The position numbers were made by a program, and so were the translations under genes. 64,000 nt of DNA from Epiperipatus broadwayi (lineage: Eukaryota > Animalia > Onychophora): the NCBI GenBank assembly GCA_028023455.1, contig JAQFVV010000003.1, positions 25,048,001 through 25,112,000 on the forward strand, read 5' to 3'. Under the pieces are notes generated by a model. It did not search any database and had not been told where the DNA came from. It saw only the letters and a list, made by a program, of their open reading frames with translations. Within the stretch, counting starts at the first letter, position 1. Each line of letters opens with the position of its first letter. Positions 13,725-27,150 of this stretch are shown here, piece by piece.

Positions 13725-13800
13725 AAATGTGCAGCTCTCAATCAAAATTTGAACCCAAAATCTGAGTATAACAGGCTAACAGACTAACTACTATACAAGG
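13725..13800 (-). mobile_element. Possible tRNA-derived SINE head remnant
   Basis: A-box-like TATAGTAGTTAG and B-box-like GGTTCAAATT at tRNA spacing. No complete cloverleaf. Confidence 0.3.
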
Positions 13801-14363
13801 TTTTTAATTATTCAAATCATGCATTAAAAAAGATGAACTTATAGACTTAAAAAAATTGGAAGATCTGGATAGATTTTAAAAACAGTTTATTATCTTAGAT
13901 AGCATTATCTTGAATTTATGCTTTTTGCTTAAGAAATATTTCAAATTTAAATATTAATTAGCAGTCATTTGGATAAACTGTTATGCCATGTAAATATTAA
14001 CTTATCCAAACCCAATTTTTAATATTCATTCATAATCCAAACATAATAATACTTTATTTTCACCCAAAAGATTTACATGGCTTACCACATAGTTAGCATC
14101 AGGAAAAATTTTTATCCATACAGTTACATGCTACATTACTATTGAATTATGTAATTAAGCATGTTTTGGGCATGTTTATATCCCAGTATTTGTCAAGTGA
14201 GAAACAACTTAATGAGTATTGAATTACCACTTTAGTTAATTGAATAATAAAAGTTTTATTAAATACTGAGTCATTTATGAGTTTTACTTCTAATATATTG
14301 TAATAACAAAGATTAGGATTAACAAAATATTATTTCAGACAAGAAAATAATGTACAATAAATT

Positions 14364-14790
14364 ATCCCTTCACAACATACAAAATATATGAAAACCAAAA
14401 CTGCCTAACACTATACTAGTAATAAATAAAATGCAAAACCATAAAACAATACAATATTATGTAAAATCCAAAATTTTACTAAAATCCTTACACAATCATG
14501 GTTTATCAACTTCAGTCTATTTGTAGTAGATAAACCATGGTTCTGTAATCCCTTCACAACATACAAAATATGTGAAAACCAAAACTGCCTAACACCATAC
14601 TAGTAATAAATAAAATGTGAAACCATAAAACAATACCATACTAGTAAAATCCAAAATTTTACCAAAATCCTTAAACAATCATGGTTTATCTACTTTGGTC
14701 TATTTGTAGTAGATAACCCATGGTTGTGTAAGGATTTTGGGAAAATTTTGGATTTTATCTAATATTGTAATGTTTTATGGTTTTGAAAAT
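14364..14790. repeat. 184-bp tandem duplication ending in a fold-back
   Basis: Units start at 14364 and 14548 (ATCCCTTCACAACATAC). Each ends in a CATGGTTTATC...GATAAACCATG hairpin, and the second extends into an inverted arm to ~14790. Confidence 0.85.
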
Positions 14791-15171
14791 TATGAAGGAT
14801 TAATTGATGATAGTTATACTCCATGATGAATCATTAAAAATAAATGTAAAATACATCATCATTATCAAAATAGTGATGGAATTTCTAACACAACCACTTA
14901 AAAAAAGCTATTTAATAACCTTTGATTATTTTGTTTTCCAAATAACAGAAATCATCAAATTGGCACAACTTCTAGCATCAAAAAAGTATATTATATTATT
15001 TTCATCTTAAAATTTCCTAATTTCTGTCACCTCAGATTCAAATTCATTGGAAAAGCTTGGATTTGAATAATTGTTAAACATATATATGATAAATATATAG
15101 TTCTAGATGGTATAGAAAATCCATATAAAAATAAAGAATAATATCTTCTCAGACATCCAAAGAATTAATAT

Positions 15172-15210
15172 TAAACCACTAAACATCACATGATCACTAT
15201 TTCTTATTAA
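15172..15210 (-). repeat. HHR family A terminal fragment
   Basis: TAAACCACTAAACATCACATGATCACTATTTCTTAT matches the ends of the copies at 43415 and 63863. Confidence 0.6.
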
Positions 15211-15699
15211 TATTAAAGTATAAAGTTAATTAATAGCATGTATCTCAAGTAACTATTCTATAATAAAATTAAATTAAGATTTTGAATTTTGAAATGCATC
15301 TACAAATCTAATTACCCTCTCCAATAGAAATTGTATTAGTAATAATTGAAAGGTTGCTAGTCTTTCACATGCGTCTACTGTTGTACTTTCAAACTAGTAC
15401 TTTGTAAAAAAAAAAAAAAATCTAAATCACACAGAAATTTACATTCCTTTAATGTCATACATCATAAAATGCAATATTTAGTAATATAAAAAAATATATA
15501 TGCAGATTTTTATTAAAGAAGATAACTACAGGTATATATATATATGTGTGTGTGCATTATTACTATTAGTAGTAGTATTACTATTATTATCATTATTATT
15601 ATTATTATGTTTCAAAAAAAATTATTTAGAACTTAAAGGTTACATCAGCTTATACAAATAGTACAAAGGTTACAAAAAGGAATTATATATACAAGATTG

Positions 15700-18385
15700 A
15701 TATCATCATCATCAACCATTATCAAGGTCTCTCCAAGTTCAATCCATCTTCTCCAATCTCTAGCATCTCTTCTCCACATCACGCCTGCACACTTTCTTAT
15801 TTCATCCATCCATCTCACATGTGGTCTCTTTCTGTGTCTTTTACAAACTCCTGGAATCCGGTTTAAGATTTCAATTGTCCATCTATTATTATCTCTTCTA
15901 GCAATATGTCCAGCCCAACTCCATTTCAGTCTTTTAATTTTTTCAATGAGGTCAATAACACATGCTTGTTCTTTTACCCATATATTGCATTTTCAATTTC
16001 TTCTTGTTACTCCCAACATGCATCTCTCCATACTTCTTTAAGTGGTCTGAAGTCTCTGTATTGCTCTTCTATTAAGTGTCCAAGTCTCAGAGCCATAAGT
16101 AAGAACTGATAAAACACATTTATTAAAAATCTTCCTTTTCAAAAACACAGGCATATTTCCTTTTAGTATCAATTTATTTCTACCAAAAGCACTCCAACCA
16201 AGTTTAATTCTATGATTAATTTCATCCATTATGTTTCCATCTGTATTAATAATCTGACCAAGGTATTTATAGCTGTTAACTTCTTCTAACTCATCATAAT
16301 CAATCCTTATCTTCATATTTTGAGAAAATCCATTAAACATTACTTTAGACTTTTTAACATTTATCTTTAATCCTACTTTCATCTGATAACTTGCAACATT
16401 TTCTGCAACTCTAAAGCATTATTTGCAAAAACAACTACATCATCTGCAAACTCTAAATAACTTAAATAATCTCCATTTACTTTCACTCCTTTAGCTTCCC
16501 ATTTTAATTCACAAAATACTTCTTGCAGCACTGCTGTAAAAAGTTTTTGAGATATGGAGTCACCCTGTCTTACACCTTCTCAATGTTGACTTTCTCAGAA
16601 TCATTATGTAATCTAATTGTTGCTGTTGCATTTTTATAGATATTCTTTAAAGTACTGAAGAAATGTTTATAGAATCAAATACCTTTTCATAATCTACAAA
16701 TCCAAAGCATAATGGCAACTCATATTCATTTGTCCTTTCTATAACTTCTCTCAATACCTGGATATGATCTACTGTACTAAAACACTTTTAAAACCAGCTT
16801 GTTATCTTGGTTGGTGGAAATCCAATGTTCTCTGTAGATGAATTTTAATTACCTTGGTAAAAATTTTGTATAAAACTGATAAACGGCTGATAGGTCTATA
16901 ATTTCTAATATCTTCTTTATCACCTTTTTAAAATGTTAATATTAATACTGCATTCTTCAAATCATCTGGTACATGTTTATCATTTAGATATTTGGTTTAT
17001 AATTTAGCTAAAAAAAATTCTATTTCTTCACCTGCTTCTTTATAATTGATAATTCCATCATTAACTGGAGCTTTTCCTTTCTTCATAAATTTAATTGCAT
17101 GTCTCAATTCTTCATTTAAAAGTCTGAGCAATTCGGAAGATATAATAGATATAGGAGGTACTTGTTCTTTATTACTATATAATTCTTAATAGAAGTCTTC
17201 TAACCATTTCATAATGTCATCTCTCTTTTTAGCAATAATTCCATCTTTTTTTCTTATAGCAGATATAAGTTGTTTCACTCTCTTAAGACTTTTATTCTCT
17301 TTTACAGCTTTCCTTGCTAGTTCACAATTATACTTTTTTGTATCATTTTCAACTCTTTTCTGCACCATTTTACAAATTTTGAGATATTCAATCCTTTTTA
17401 ATGCATCATTTTTGTATATCATCATATTCCTTCTTTTCTTCATAAATTCTCTAGTCTCAGTAGAAATTTTATTGGTCTATTGCTGTTTTTCTACCAGCTT
17501 TTTTTGTTGCAGTTTTTAAAAGTGTATCAATTATTTTCATATTAATTTCATTCAAATCTGAATCATGTTCAAAATCTACTAAAACTTGAAACCGATTTGT
17601 AAGTTCTAATTTGAATTTATTAAAATGTTTCTAAAGATTAGGAATATCAACTGTAAATATTGTTTTTTTTTAATAATTTTTGTCTCTCTAGTTTTGCATT
17701 AACATGTATCTTATCTCTTACTAATCGAAGATCACTTCCTGTGATAAATTTATTAAGAACATTACAATCTTGAAATTTGTATTTTTTGTTAGTCAAAATA
17801 TAATCTAATTCTGCTGTACCTTCATTTGGATGCTTCCAGGTCCATTTCCTTTTAACATTTTCCTCAAAAAAAGAATTTGTAATATAAACTTTTTCTTTTT
17901 CTGCAAACTCCACAAGTCTATGTCCTCTCTCATTTCTATTACCATAACCAAAATTACCTTTAGCACTTTCATTTGTTTACCAATTCTAGCATTAAAGTCT
18001 CCCATAACAATTTTAAAATGTTATTTACTCTGATCAAAAACCTTTTGTACATCCATATAAAAATCTTCTACTATTTCATCACTATGAGAACTTGTTGAGG
18101 CATAAACCTGAATTATCCGCATTTGGTATCTGCTATTAAGTTGTATAACTAATCTTGCCACTCTGTTGATACACCATCAATTTCCACAATGTTATTCTTC
18201 CACTTTTTGTTTATAATGAATCCTACTCCACTTGTATTTCCAATATTTGTAGCTTTATAATAGAATACATGTCTACTTTTTAAATCAATTGTCTCTTCAT
18301 CTTTTCTTCTAACTTCACAAAGTCCAGTAATGTCCTATTTAATATAAGACACTTTCTTCTATTCCAATAATGAATTCAAACAATG
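15700..18385 (-). mobile_element. RTE-clade non-LTR retrotransposon (APE endonuclease + RT), 5'-truncated and decayed
   Basis: Motifs across shifted frames: GLCEVRR, IIQVYASTS, VMGDFNARIG, KWTWKHPN..ELDYIL, FVDYEKVFDS, VRQGDSISQKLF, FADDVV, YKYLGQ, LTYGSETW. (ATG)n 3' tail at ~15700. Confidence 0.95.
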
Positions 18386-19755
18386 TGCTATGTAATAAAG
18401 CTATGTCAGCACACAAAGAATAACATCCCTTTTCTACCTTAATTACTTATTCAGCACTCTTTGTGAGCACATATTACTAAATAATACAATAATGAATATT
18501 TAAATATATATATATAGCTATGAAGAGTTCATATATACTTCACACCTTTAATTTAACTAAGAAGTTAAAACACACTGAATCATAAATATTAATATAAATA
18601 CATGAATCATGAAATCATTCTTGATTAGACATCTATTCCTAAAACAAATTGGTAGAGAACACAAATTCTATTTAATGCATTAATTTATAAAATTTTAGTT
18701 TGTTCACCTTTATAAATTTGAATATAATACTAGTGAATTTCGCACACATACTTTCCCCTATATTTTAATTAGTTTTATTAATTATTCTTCATAATTTCCT
18801 TTTAATTAATATACTTAACTGTTTAAAATACATTGCCATTGCTTTTGCATAGTATTTAGCACTATCTATATATATATTGTTAAGACAGACTATATTTTAT
18901 TTTTAACTTTTTTTATCTCTGGATATGTCAATGAGTCACTTGTTTTATTTTATTATTCATTTTTCATAAGATATTATATGCTAAATCTTTACTAACTTAT
19001 AAGCCACTATTGTCTCAATATAGAAACATAGTTATTAAGAGAAAGTGGACTAAAAAGAAATTGCTATGCTAATAAACTCAACTTGGGTATAATTTTGAAA
19101 TAGTTGAGATATATAATTAAGATGACCTATTCATTATATGATCAAAATGATTTATTTAATTATAAATAAATAAATAATGTACACACTCTTTTCCATCAAA
19201 TATAAAACTTGTGAATCATTGAGTTACTGGTGCATGATTGACTGAAGAGTGATTTAGTTTTTTTTGCATTATAGATATTTTATTTCTGTTTTCCAATTAA
19301 CCATAATTTACATTTATTTTATGGTAATAAGTTTGAAGGTACATTTAAAAGTAAATCTACAATTTAACTAATTTGTTGCTTTAATAATCAGATATATAAC
19401 TGTTGTTAAAACTTGAAAATCACTATAAACATATTAAATATAAAAGTGGATTATTTAAAAACACATCTAAACAGATATGTAGCCAGAATGTGTTTATGAG
19501 AAATCGAATTTGAATACTTTTTTTTTAGATAGTTGAGAATTTTTAAGCAAGTTTAAGATTCTTTTCATTCAGTAAAATGTCATTGTCAGTACAGAAAATC
19601 ATCAAATTATTGATTAACAAGTAGTAATTAACTGGTTTTAACTAGAAGGTAAAAAACAAACAAACAAAAATAGAACTCAATTAAAACCCTCATCAAATGA
19701 TAATTTATCTGATGAGTTTTACTATTTATTAATAGAGGATAATATATATATGTAG

Positions 19756-20380
19756 GTAATATAGGGAGCATACCAATACCTCTAACAAGTTTTTATTGAT
19801 AAGTGCCACAGGAAAAAGCATTCAAAATCTCTATCTAGAATAACCCCTATCCTCAGACTGTTTTTGAGCTTTTGGCTCACCTCAGTTAGGCACTAGGACA
19901 TTCAGACACTAGATCTAAAATACCCAACTCAAAGCAGCATATATCTAATACATAACTATTAAGTAGAAAATCTGAAATTTTCAGACACATAAATAAATGT
20001 CTTTAAATCCAGCTATCTAACTTAAATAGCTATATGAGTCTGAAAACACTTGAGCTTCACCATACATTAATAGCCTCAGCAATATAACATTGCCCAAGTA
20101 TCAAGCTCCACACATCTACCCAATCTATCTTACACAACTGAAACACATGATCACATACATGCAGTTTTATATGTATGTGATCATGTGTTTTAGTTGTATA
20201 AAATAGTTTAAATAATTATAGGGAGTTTGAAAGTTTGAATTTAAGTTCCTTTAAAAATAATTAATAATCAATAAAGCAAGTCATATCATGTGACTTGTTT
20301 TAAGCTTGTATTACAAATATGTAATATAGGGAACATACCAATAGCACTAACAAGCTTTTATTGGGTTGGAAAAAGCATTG
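19756..20380 (-). mobile_element. Diverged relative of HHR family A (A'), more than one unit of ~565 bp
   Basis: Direct repeats GTAATATAGGGA(G/A)CATACCAATA at 19756 and 20321. Minus strand 19900-20050 aligns to the family A segment 43865-44000. Internal hairpin at ~20140-20200. Confidence 0.65.
19850..19890 (-). ncRNA. Degenerate type I hammerhead motif (family A')
   Basis: CCTAA-CTGAGGT-GAGC-CAAAA-GCTC-AAAAAC-A-GTC-TGAGGA. Stem II and the GUC triplet are preserved, while A9 and G12 are mutated. Confidence 0.55.
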
Positions 20381-21379
20381 TAAAAAGTAATAAAGAACAT
20401 AGATGATATTAATATTATATGGATTTGGCGATGCAATAAGAAATATAATAGTTATAATACTTAATAAAAAAAAAACACTTTATACATTGTGCTATGCTAA
20501 TTACCTAATAATATTTCCTCAAATCATGATGATTTGACTTATATAACAAAAAAATTAATAAATATAAAGACTGGAGAAAAGAAGTAAATATAACAAAAAT
20601 AATATATATATTGTAGAAACATAACAGGATATAATCAGGCCAGTTCCTTGCCAGCATGCTGTAGGGGTTGCACAAACAACTGACTTTAATAAAAAAACAA
20701 TTATAATAGGTGATATTTATCTGTTTGCATTGTTTTATCAGTTTTAAGGACAGACAACTTTATTGTATTTGGAGCTGTTTCTTCAGCACTTTTATTATAC
20801 ATAGGTATATAACCAATATTATATTCTAATTAACAAACAGAAATTTACGCTTCAAAATTACTGTGGAAAGTCATCTAGTGACTGATTCATTAACTAACCT
20901 TACACTAGAATTAAATCAAATTCAATAAAAATGATCTCATAATTCAAACTCATATGCACGGGATATATATCACAATTAAACTTGAAACAAAAAAAAAAAA
21001 AGTCTAATTTATTATAATAAAAAAAATCACAATCAAGAATGTCCCAAGGAAGACTAAAGAAGTATAATTATTAAAGAGGAAGTCAACCTTTGATAATGCA
21101 ATAAGTAAAGAAAATGAAATCTGTAATAATTTAGATGATATAATTAATGATTTCTCTATTATAAAAGCCAGAAGAATATAGAGGGTATATGCTATCATTA
21201 TTTTTTATACATTTTTGTAAGATATATATTATGTATATGGCTATTTTATAATAAATTTTTATATTATATGTTATATGAAATTTTCACTTTATTATTATTA
21301 TCATTATTAAAATGGTGGCAATATAAGTTTGTACCCAGGTGTACAAACCTATGAAACAGTCCTAACTATAATATTGGAA

Positions 21380-21900
21380 AATGAATATTGGATTGAAAAT
21401 GGGAGAAATATAAATATCTAAGCATAAAGATTATATAAAGGGAAACAGATGAAAATAGAAAAGAAAAAAACAGTAATAAATGGAATATTATGAGATCAAA
21501 ATATATCAAAAATAAACAATGGCAAATATACAACACAATATGAAAAACATCATTACGTGAGAAAATGAGGTTTGGCAGTTGATGGAAAGAATGAAAAGGG
21601 AATTAATGATTATAAAAATTAATTATTAGTAAGAATCTGCAGAAAAGTCAAAGAGAGAATATTTGAGCAAGAAAAAAAAGAGACATAATCAATATTAAAC
21701 ACATTACAGTAAATGAAATCAGAACAAGATAAATGAAATTGTATGATATATATAGAGGATGTTTTAGAAAAAAAATTTGCAACAAATATTATAAACTGAA
21801 CACTATTAGGAAAGAGAAAAAGATGATATCCAAAACAAAACCCAAAAAGAAAATAGAAAAACTGAAGGGGAGGGGTGAAACAGAAGATGTATGATGATTG
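21380..21900 (+). mobile_element. Degenerate RTE-like LINE 3' fragment
   Basis: Purine-rich strand. Remnants resembling RL.WYGH and GKR.RG.PK are visible in broken frames. Confidence 0.4.
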
Positions 21901-23810
21901 ATAATTAGGTGATGTCATAAAGATTTTATAAAGATTTATAAGCCAATAAAAGGGGAGGGGGTTATAATCTCATGGAGCAACAAATTTTTCAGATATTAAC
22001 AAACTTCAAAAACACAATACTTATAATATTATAGAACTGAAAATATTCCTAATATTAATCAATCAGAGAAAAAGATGTATTCATAATTTTGTACTGAGAA
22101 ACTAATTAACTATACCTACAACCTCACTGAGAGGTAAACCTGTTAAATGTTGAATATACAAGAGAAAGAGACATTATGATTTTAAAAATGTAAAATATGC
22201 AAATTAGTTTTGATACTGAGACCAAAAGTAGTAACATGATATTCATGAGGAGAAATGGATAATGTAATACACATACAATCTTATACTAACAGACAAAAGA
22301 AAGAGATGTCGCTATAAACTCATTATTAAACAGAGGCAAACGACTACATATTTAATTCTTATCCATCATTTTAAAACAGATGGTAAAAGAAAAAATATAA
22401 TAAAAAATTATACTTAACAGTAAAAATGGAGCATGAAGAAAGAATTAAAACAAAACAGAAAGTTGAAAAGTAAAATAAATGAAAAGAAAAAAAAATGTCA
22501 TTTAAAAAATAAATACAATCACATCAACACAATGTAATCATTTTTCCACGTCATAAATTAAAAAAAAAACTTAGCAAGACTTAATTTTTTTTAAAAATTT
22601 TTAAAAGTAAGAACAAATTTCTAACATTCTGAAAAAAAAAAAAAAAGTTACTTAATGTCTGCTTGACTGCACCAGAAATAATAAACATCTTTAATTTTTT
22701 AAAAACATTTAATTACTGATCTTTTGATGTTTTCCTTTTCTAAAATTGGGCACAAATAAGTCACAGTTTAAAGATCAAGATTTTAACAATATTCTCTCCA
22801 CCCCCTATACCTTGTATGTAAGATCTTTTTAGGACTTGTGGATATACAGTAATAGATACTGTAAACTGAAAGATTTTAAACAATACAAGCAGGTCAGGGA
22901 TCTCTCTAAGAATCCTTTACTGGAGAAACAGTGAAAACGGCATTACTCACCAATTGCCCGATTATGAGAATTCTGTATTTTTGTCTTTGTTTTATATTCT
23001 AGCTAAGAATAGTTACATACCCATTTACTAACCAATATTAGATGATTGTAGTAGTAGTTACTTCAAAGAAAAATCATAAGCCTGATTTGAGACTAAAAAT
23101 TTTTAAAAGTTATATCAAGTCCGAACTCAAGTTCAGATTATCAGCATAGAATATGCTACCACTTCACCTTTCAGGTATAATAAAATACAATGAGAAATAT
23201 TTACTTGGATTATAATTTTTAATAGATACAATTTAATTTAAAAGGGTTTTGTAGTATAGTAGTTGATGTATCTAACTACCATGTTTTGGGAGTTGAATCC
23301 AGTAAACTTCAACATCTGGCAGTTTAACTACCTAAATAAATAGTTTTATTGAGGATGAATCTGAAGAGGCCTTTGAATCATATACAAATATCAAATCATT
23401 TCTGAAAAGAAGTAAAAGCTGACTTTCAAAATATTGTTCACTTTCAGAAGCATTTTTTATTGATTTATATTAGATACATGCTTCTGATAGAAAAAAATAT
23501 ATTAAATACCTATAAAATTTTGGAGCAATTCAATATACGATGGTATATACATAATTAGAGCTCAAAAATAAATAAAACTGGAAAAATGCCACTCAACAGA
23601 AACTCACTTCACACACAATCATACAACATTAGTAGCACCTAATTCACTCTTATCATTCTATTTTAGAGCCACTTCTAGAATAATCGATGAATACCAGATG
23701 ATAACATTCCCAGATTAGTATATAAATAGCTATTGACCTACATCATCAATTTGGTTTTCCATTAGTTTGAGTAGCAGAAATAAATAAACATTGTTGTATG
23801 GATATATATA

Positions 23811-23859
23811 ATCCATTGAGCTTCACTGATAAAGACCAAAGCCAGAAATTATTGTTGGG
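23811..23859 (+). repeat. HHR family A core remnant
   Basis: TTCA-CTGATAA-AGAC-CAAA-GCCA-GAAAT-TA-TTG-TTGGG aligns to the family A core. Confidence 0.5.
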
Positions 23860-24570
23860 CTTTGTTGTCACTGCCATTTAATGTTCACTGGTTACTCATG
23901 TTTACATAGATAGCTCTATAAATTAGAGATAGGAGTGGGTTACTGGTTCAATGCATGTTAAATGTAGGCTGGAAGAATCTTATCACGCTTTGTGATTATA
24001 TCTGTGAAATAAGTGTTCTTATCTACATTAACTTGTCTTTTAATTAAGTCTAAAATATAAAGTAAAATGTAAAGTCAAGATATAAACATTTTCCAAAAGA
24101 AAAAAAAAGCCAAAAGAAAAAGTAATAATGTCCATCAATTAAACTTAGATTATACATCTGTATTTTCACTTGAAGTCCAAATAATCAGGTCAACACATTT
24201 TAATTTGGTCATAGAATGAGTTGTTCTAATTCAAGAATAATGATTATAACTTTGATGGTGAGTAAAGAGAATGATTGGATTTGAGAATGTGAATTCTATT
24301 ATCACAGTATTAAATATAACATTAAAAATTAATTGAATTATTCATTGTTATGGCATCTGAAGTAACAGATCTGAAAGTCTTTGATTTCACTACTTCACCA
24401 CTGTAAATTAACTCAAGAAAAACAATATGCCATTCATCTGAATAAAAATTTAAAAGATCCCTCTGGAGAACACTGATTTGATAGCATCTAGTAGCAATAA
24501 TGTAATGAGAGAAGTAGTATAATAATAGCAGCAGCAATATTATTACAAATAGCAGCATTAACAACATCAA

Positions 24571-24616
24571 CAATAATAATAATAATAATAATAATCATCA
24601 TCATCATCATCATCGT
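24571..24616. repeat. Compound microsatellite (AAT)n(CAT)n
   Basis: Directly visible. Confidence 0.95.
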
Positions 24617-25027
24617 CACCTGCAAACAAATATCAACATATTTTAAAAACATATATTTAATTTATTTTATGAAGAGAAGCCTAAACAAGATGGTGATCAA
24701 ATCTTCAATATTTTCCTGAAAGCTGATATTTTTAATTTTGCTAATTCTGTTAATTTAAGGATAAGCTTTTAGAAGTTCAAAAAGGCATTTTTCAAAAAAA
24801 ATCTAAAGTAAAAAGTTATCCATCAGGATTAGCTGATTTCAATCCATGCTTCAAACTACCCTTTCCATCAACTCTTTCATAATATTTATCAGTTTCTTCT
24901 GTGTTTTGCTCAGATTTTTTAACAGAAGTCATGGATCATGAGCAACACAATACATCACCTCTTTATAAACCTTTCCTATACTCCTTAATCTTTTGCCATC
25001 TGGTGTAAAGTTTAATAATTAATGGTA

Positions 25028-25170
25028 GTGCTTAATAAATCCTGCCCAGTGTTGTCCTATCCAAACTTCCCAAACTAGTTTCTAGATGATGGCCTTCATC
25101 AGTTAGGAGCTTTTGGGATTTTTTTTAATTGTGTACTTAGAACTTTTGGATCTAGTTTCTCTAGCAGCCA
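25028..25170 (-). mobile_element. Diverged HHR family A copy
   Basis: CTCCTAA-CTGATGA-AGGC-CATCA-TCTA-GAAAC-TA-GTT-TGGGA at ~25068-25109. Both flanks align to the family A monomer. Confidence 0.65.
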
Positions 25171-25469
25171 ATTTTTATTATTTTTCTACCAATTCTGGCC
25201 AAAGAATAAAAGTGCTTAAAGTTATAAAAAAATTTAAGCTCACGATGTAAAAACGGAATGAATTTCAGATTTATATCACTATGCAAGCAAATAAATTTAA
25301 ATTGAAAAAATTGTAAAAGTTTTTCAATTTGTGCTGACACTTGACAGAATAGCAAAAAGTAAAAAAATGCTAGAGAAAAGATGTATTACATCAATGTGAA
25401 TATGAAAGAGCTTTTTTTTTAAAAAAAAAAAAATGATATTTACAATCATGACAAACAAAATGAAATGAT

Positions 25470-27150
25470 GGTTAATACCAGAAGGGTGCTAAGAATTCCA
25501 TGAATGTGCATCCAGGCTATTATTCAATAACACTCTTTTATTTACATACCTAGAACTGCAGATCACTTTCAAGTAAAAGAGGATTTGAAGAGTTAGAATA
25601 AATGTTTGATATTAAATGAAACATTGTTGCACTTTGTGAAGTTAAAAGCAAAGATGAAAAGATAATTGATTTAAAAAGTTAGATATGTGATTAACTATAA
25701 AGACACAAATATTGGAAACACAAGAAGAATGGGATCATTATAAATAAAAGAACATTATGGAGATTGATAATTAATCAAATTAATAGAAAATACTAAATGC
25801 AGATATTTAAGGTTTATATCCCAGCAAATTTTCACTATGATAAAGAAATAAAGGGCTTTTATATGGATGTACAATATGTTTTTTATTAGGTCAAATGATA
25901 TTTTTAAGTTGTCATAGGAATCTTTAATGCTAGATTTGGTAAACAATTGAAAAATGCAAATGTTATGGGTTAATTTGGTTATGGTAATAAATATGAGAGA
26001 AGCCAAAGCAGAGAAAAAGAAAAACTATATTATGAATTCCCTTTTTTGGAAAAAAAAAAATGCAAAATAAGAATGAACATGAAAGCATCCAAATAAAAAA
26101 ACAGCAGAATTGTATTGTATTTTGATAAAACATGTAATTCTAGATTATAAGGTTCTTAATAGATTCAACACAGGCAATGACCAGTGATTAATGAGATCTA
26201 AAATACATATTAATGAAAGAAAAAAAAAATTAAAGCTAGAAATTATTAAGAAAAACAGTATTAATAATTAATATTACTAACTTTCAAAGATATTCCAGTG
26301 AATTTAAATTAGAACTTAAAAATCATTTTAAAAAATTAATGATTTTGAAGATGGTTCAGATTTCAATGAAATTAACAAGAAGATAATGATCAACTGTTAA
26401 GAACTACAGCAAAGATTTCCTGAGGCAAAAAAGCAGCACAATTTATTAGTAAATTTTCTACTGAAACAAGACAATGTAAGAGGAAGAGAAAGAATATGTA
26501 AAAATATATAAATGATTAATTAAGAAAAATTGAATACTTTGGATTTATAGATTACGGAAAGGCATTTAATTGTATAAGCTTTTCATATGGTGACTAAAAT
26601 ATTGGATTATCAAGATGTAAATCTGAGATATTGTCATTTTCTGAAAAATATTCATAAAAGCCAATAGCAGTGATTAGATTTTATGGCAATACTAACAAAA
26701 TTAATATTGAGAAAGATGTACATCAGGATGATTCTATATCTCCAAAACTTTTTACAATAATTTTACAAGAAGTATTTTGTGAATTAAAATGGAAAGCTAA
26801 GGGACTAAAAGTAAATGGAAATTATTTAAGTCATCTAAATTTTGCAGATGATGTGGTTGTTTTTGCAAATAATGCTTCAGAGTTTCAGAAAATGTTGCAA
26901 TAATTATCAGATGAAAATAAAAAAATAGGATTAAAAATAAATGCTAAAAACTCAAGTAATGTTCAATGGATTTTCTTAAAAGAAGAAAATAAAGATGAAT
27001 TAGAAGTTAATAAAATGGAAATATAGAATCAGACTTGGAGTGTGTTTGATAAAAATAACAATATTAAAAGGAAATATACCTACATGATGAAAAAGTAAGT
27101 TTATGAGGAATATTTTTACTAGTTCTTACTTATGGATTGGAGACAGAGGC
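25470..27150 (+). mobile_element. RTE-clade LINE, internally deleted and heavily decayed
   Basis: Colinear with the 15.7-18.4 kb copy in the opposite orientation. ORF 26670..26903 contains HQDDSISPKLF and HLNFADDVVVF. Confidence 0.85.

Noticed and set aside
23250-23305. tRNA-like A/B boxes (also ~1600-1660 and ~38575-38630)
   Set aside because: No cloverleaf. At most these are old SINE heads, not tRNA genes.
24322-24573. 83-aa hydrophobic ORF and a nearby acceptor-like TTTGCAG at ~24620
   Set aside because: The N-terminus derives from microsatellite-like sequence. No recognisable domain and no matching donor.
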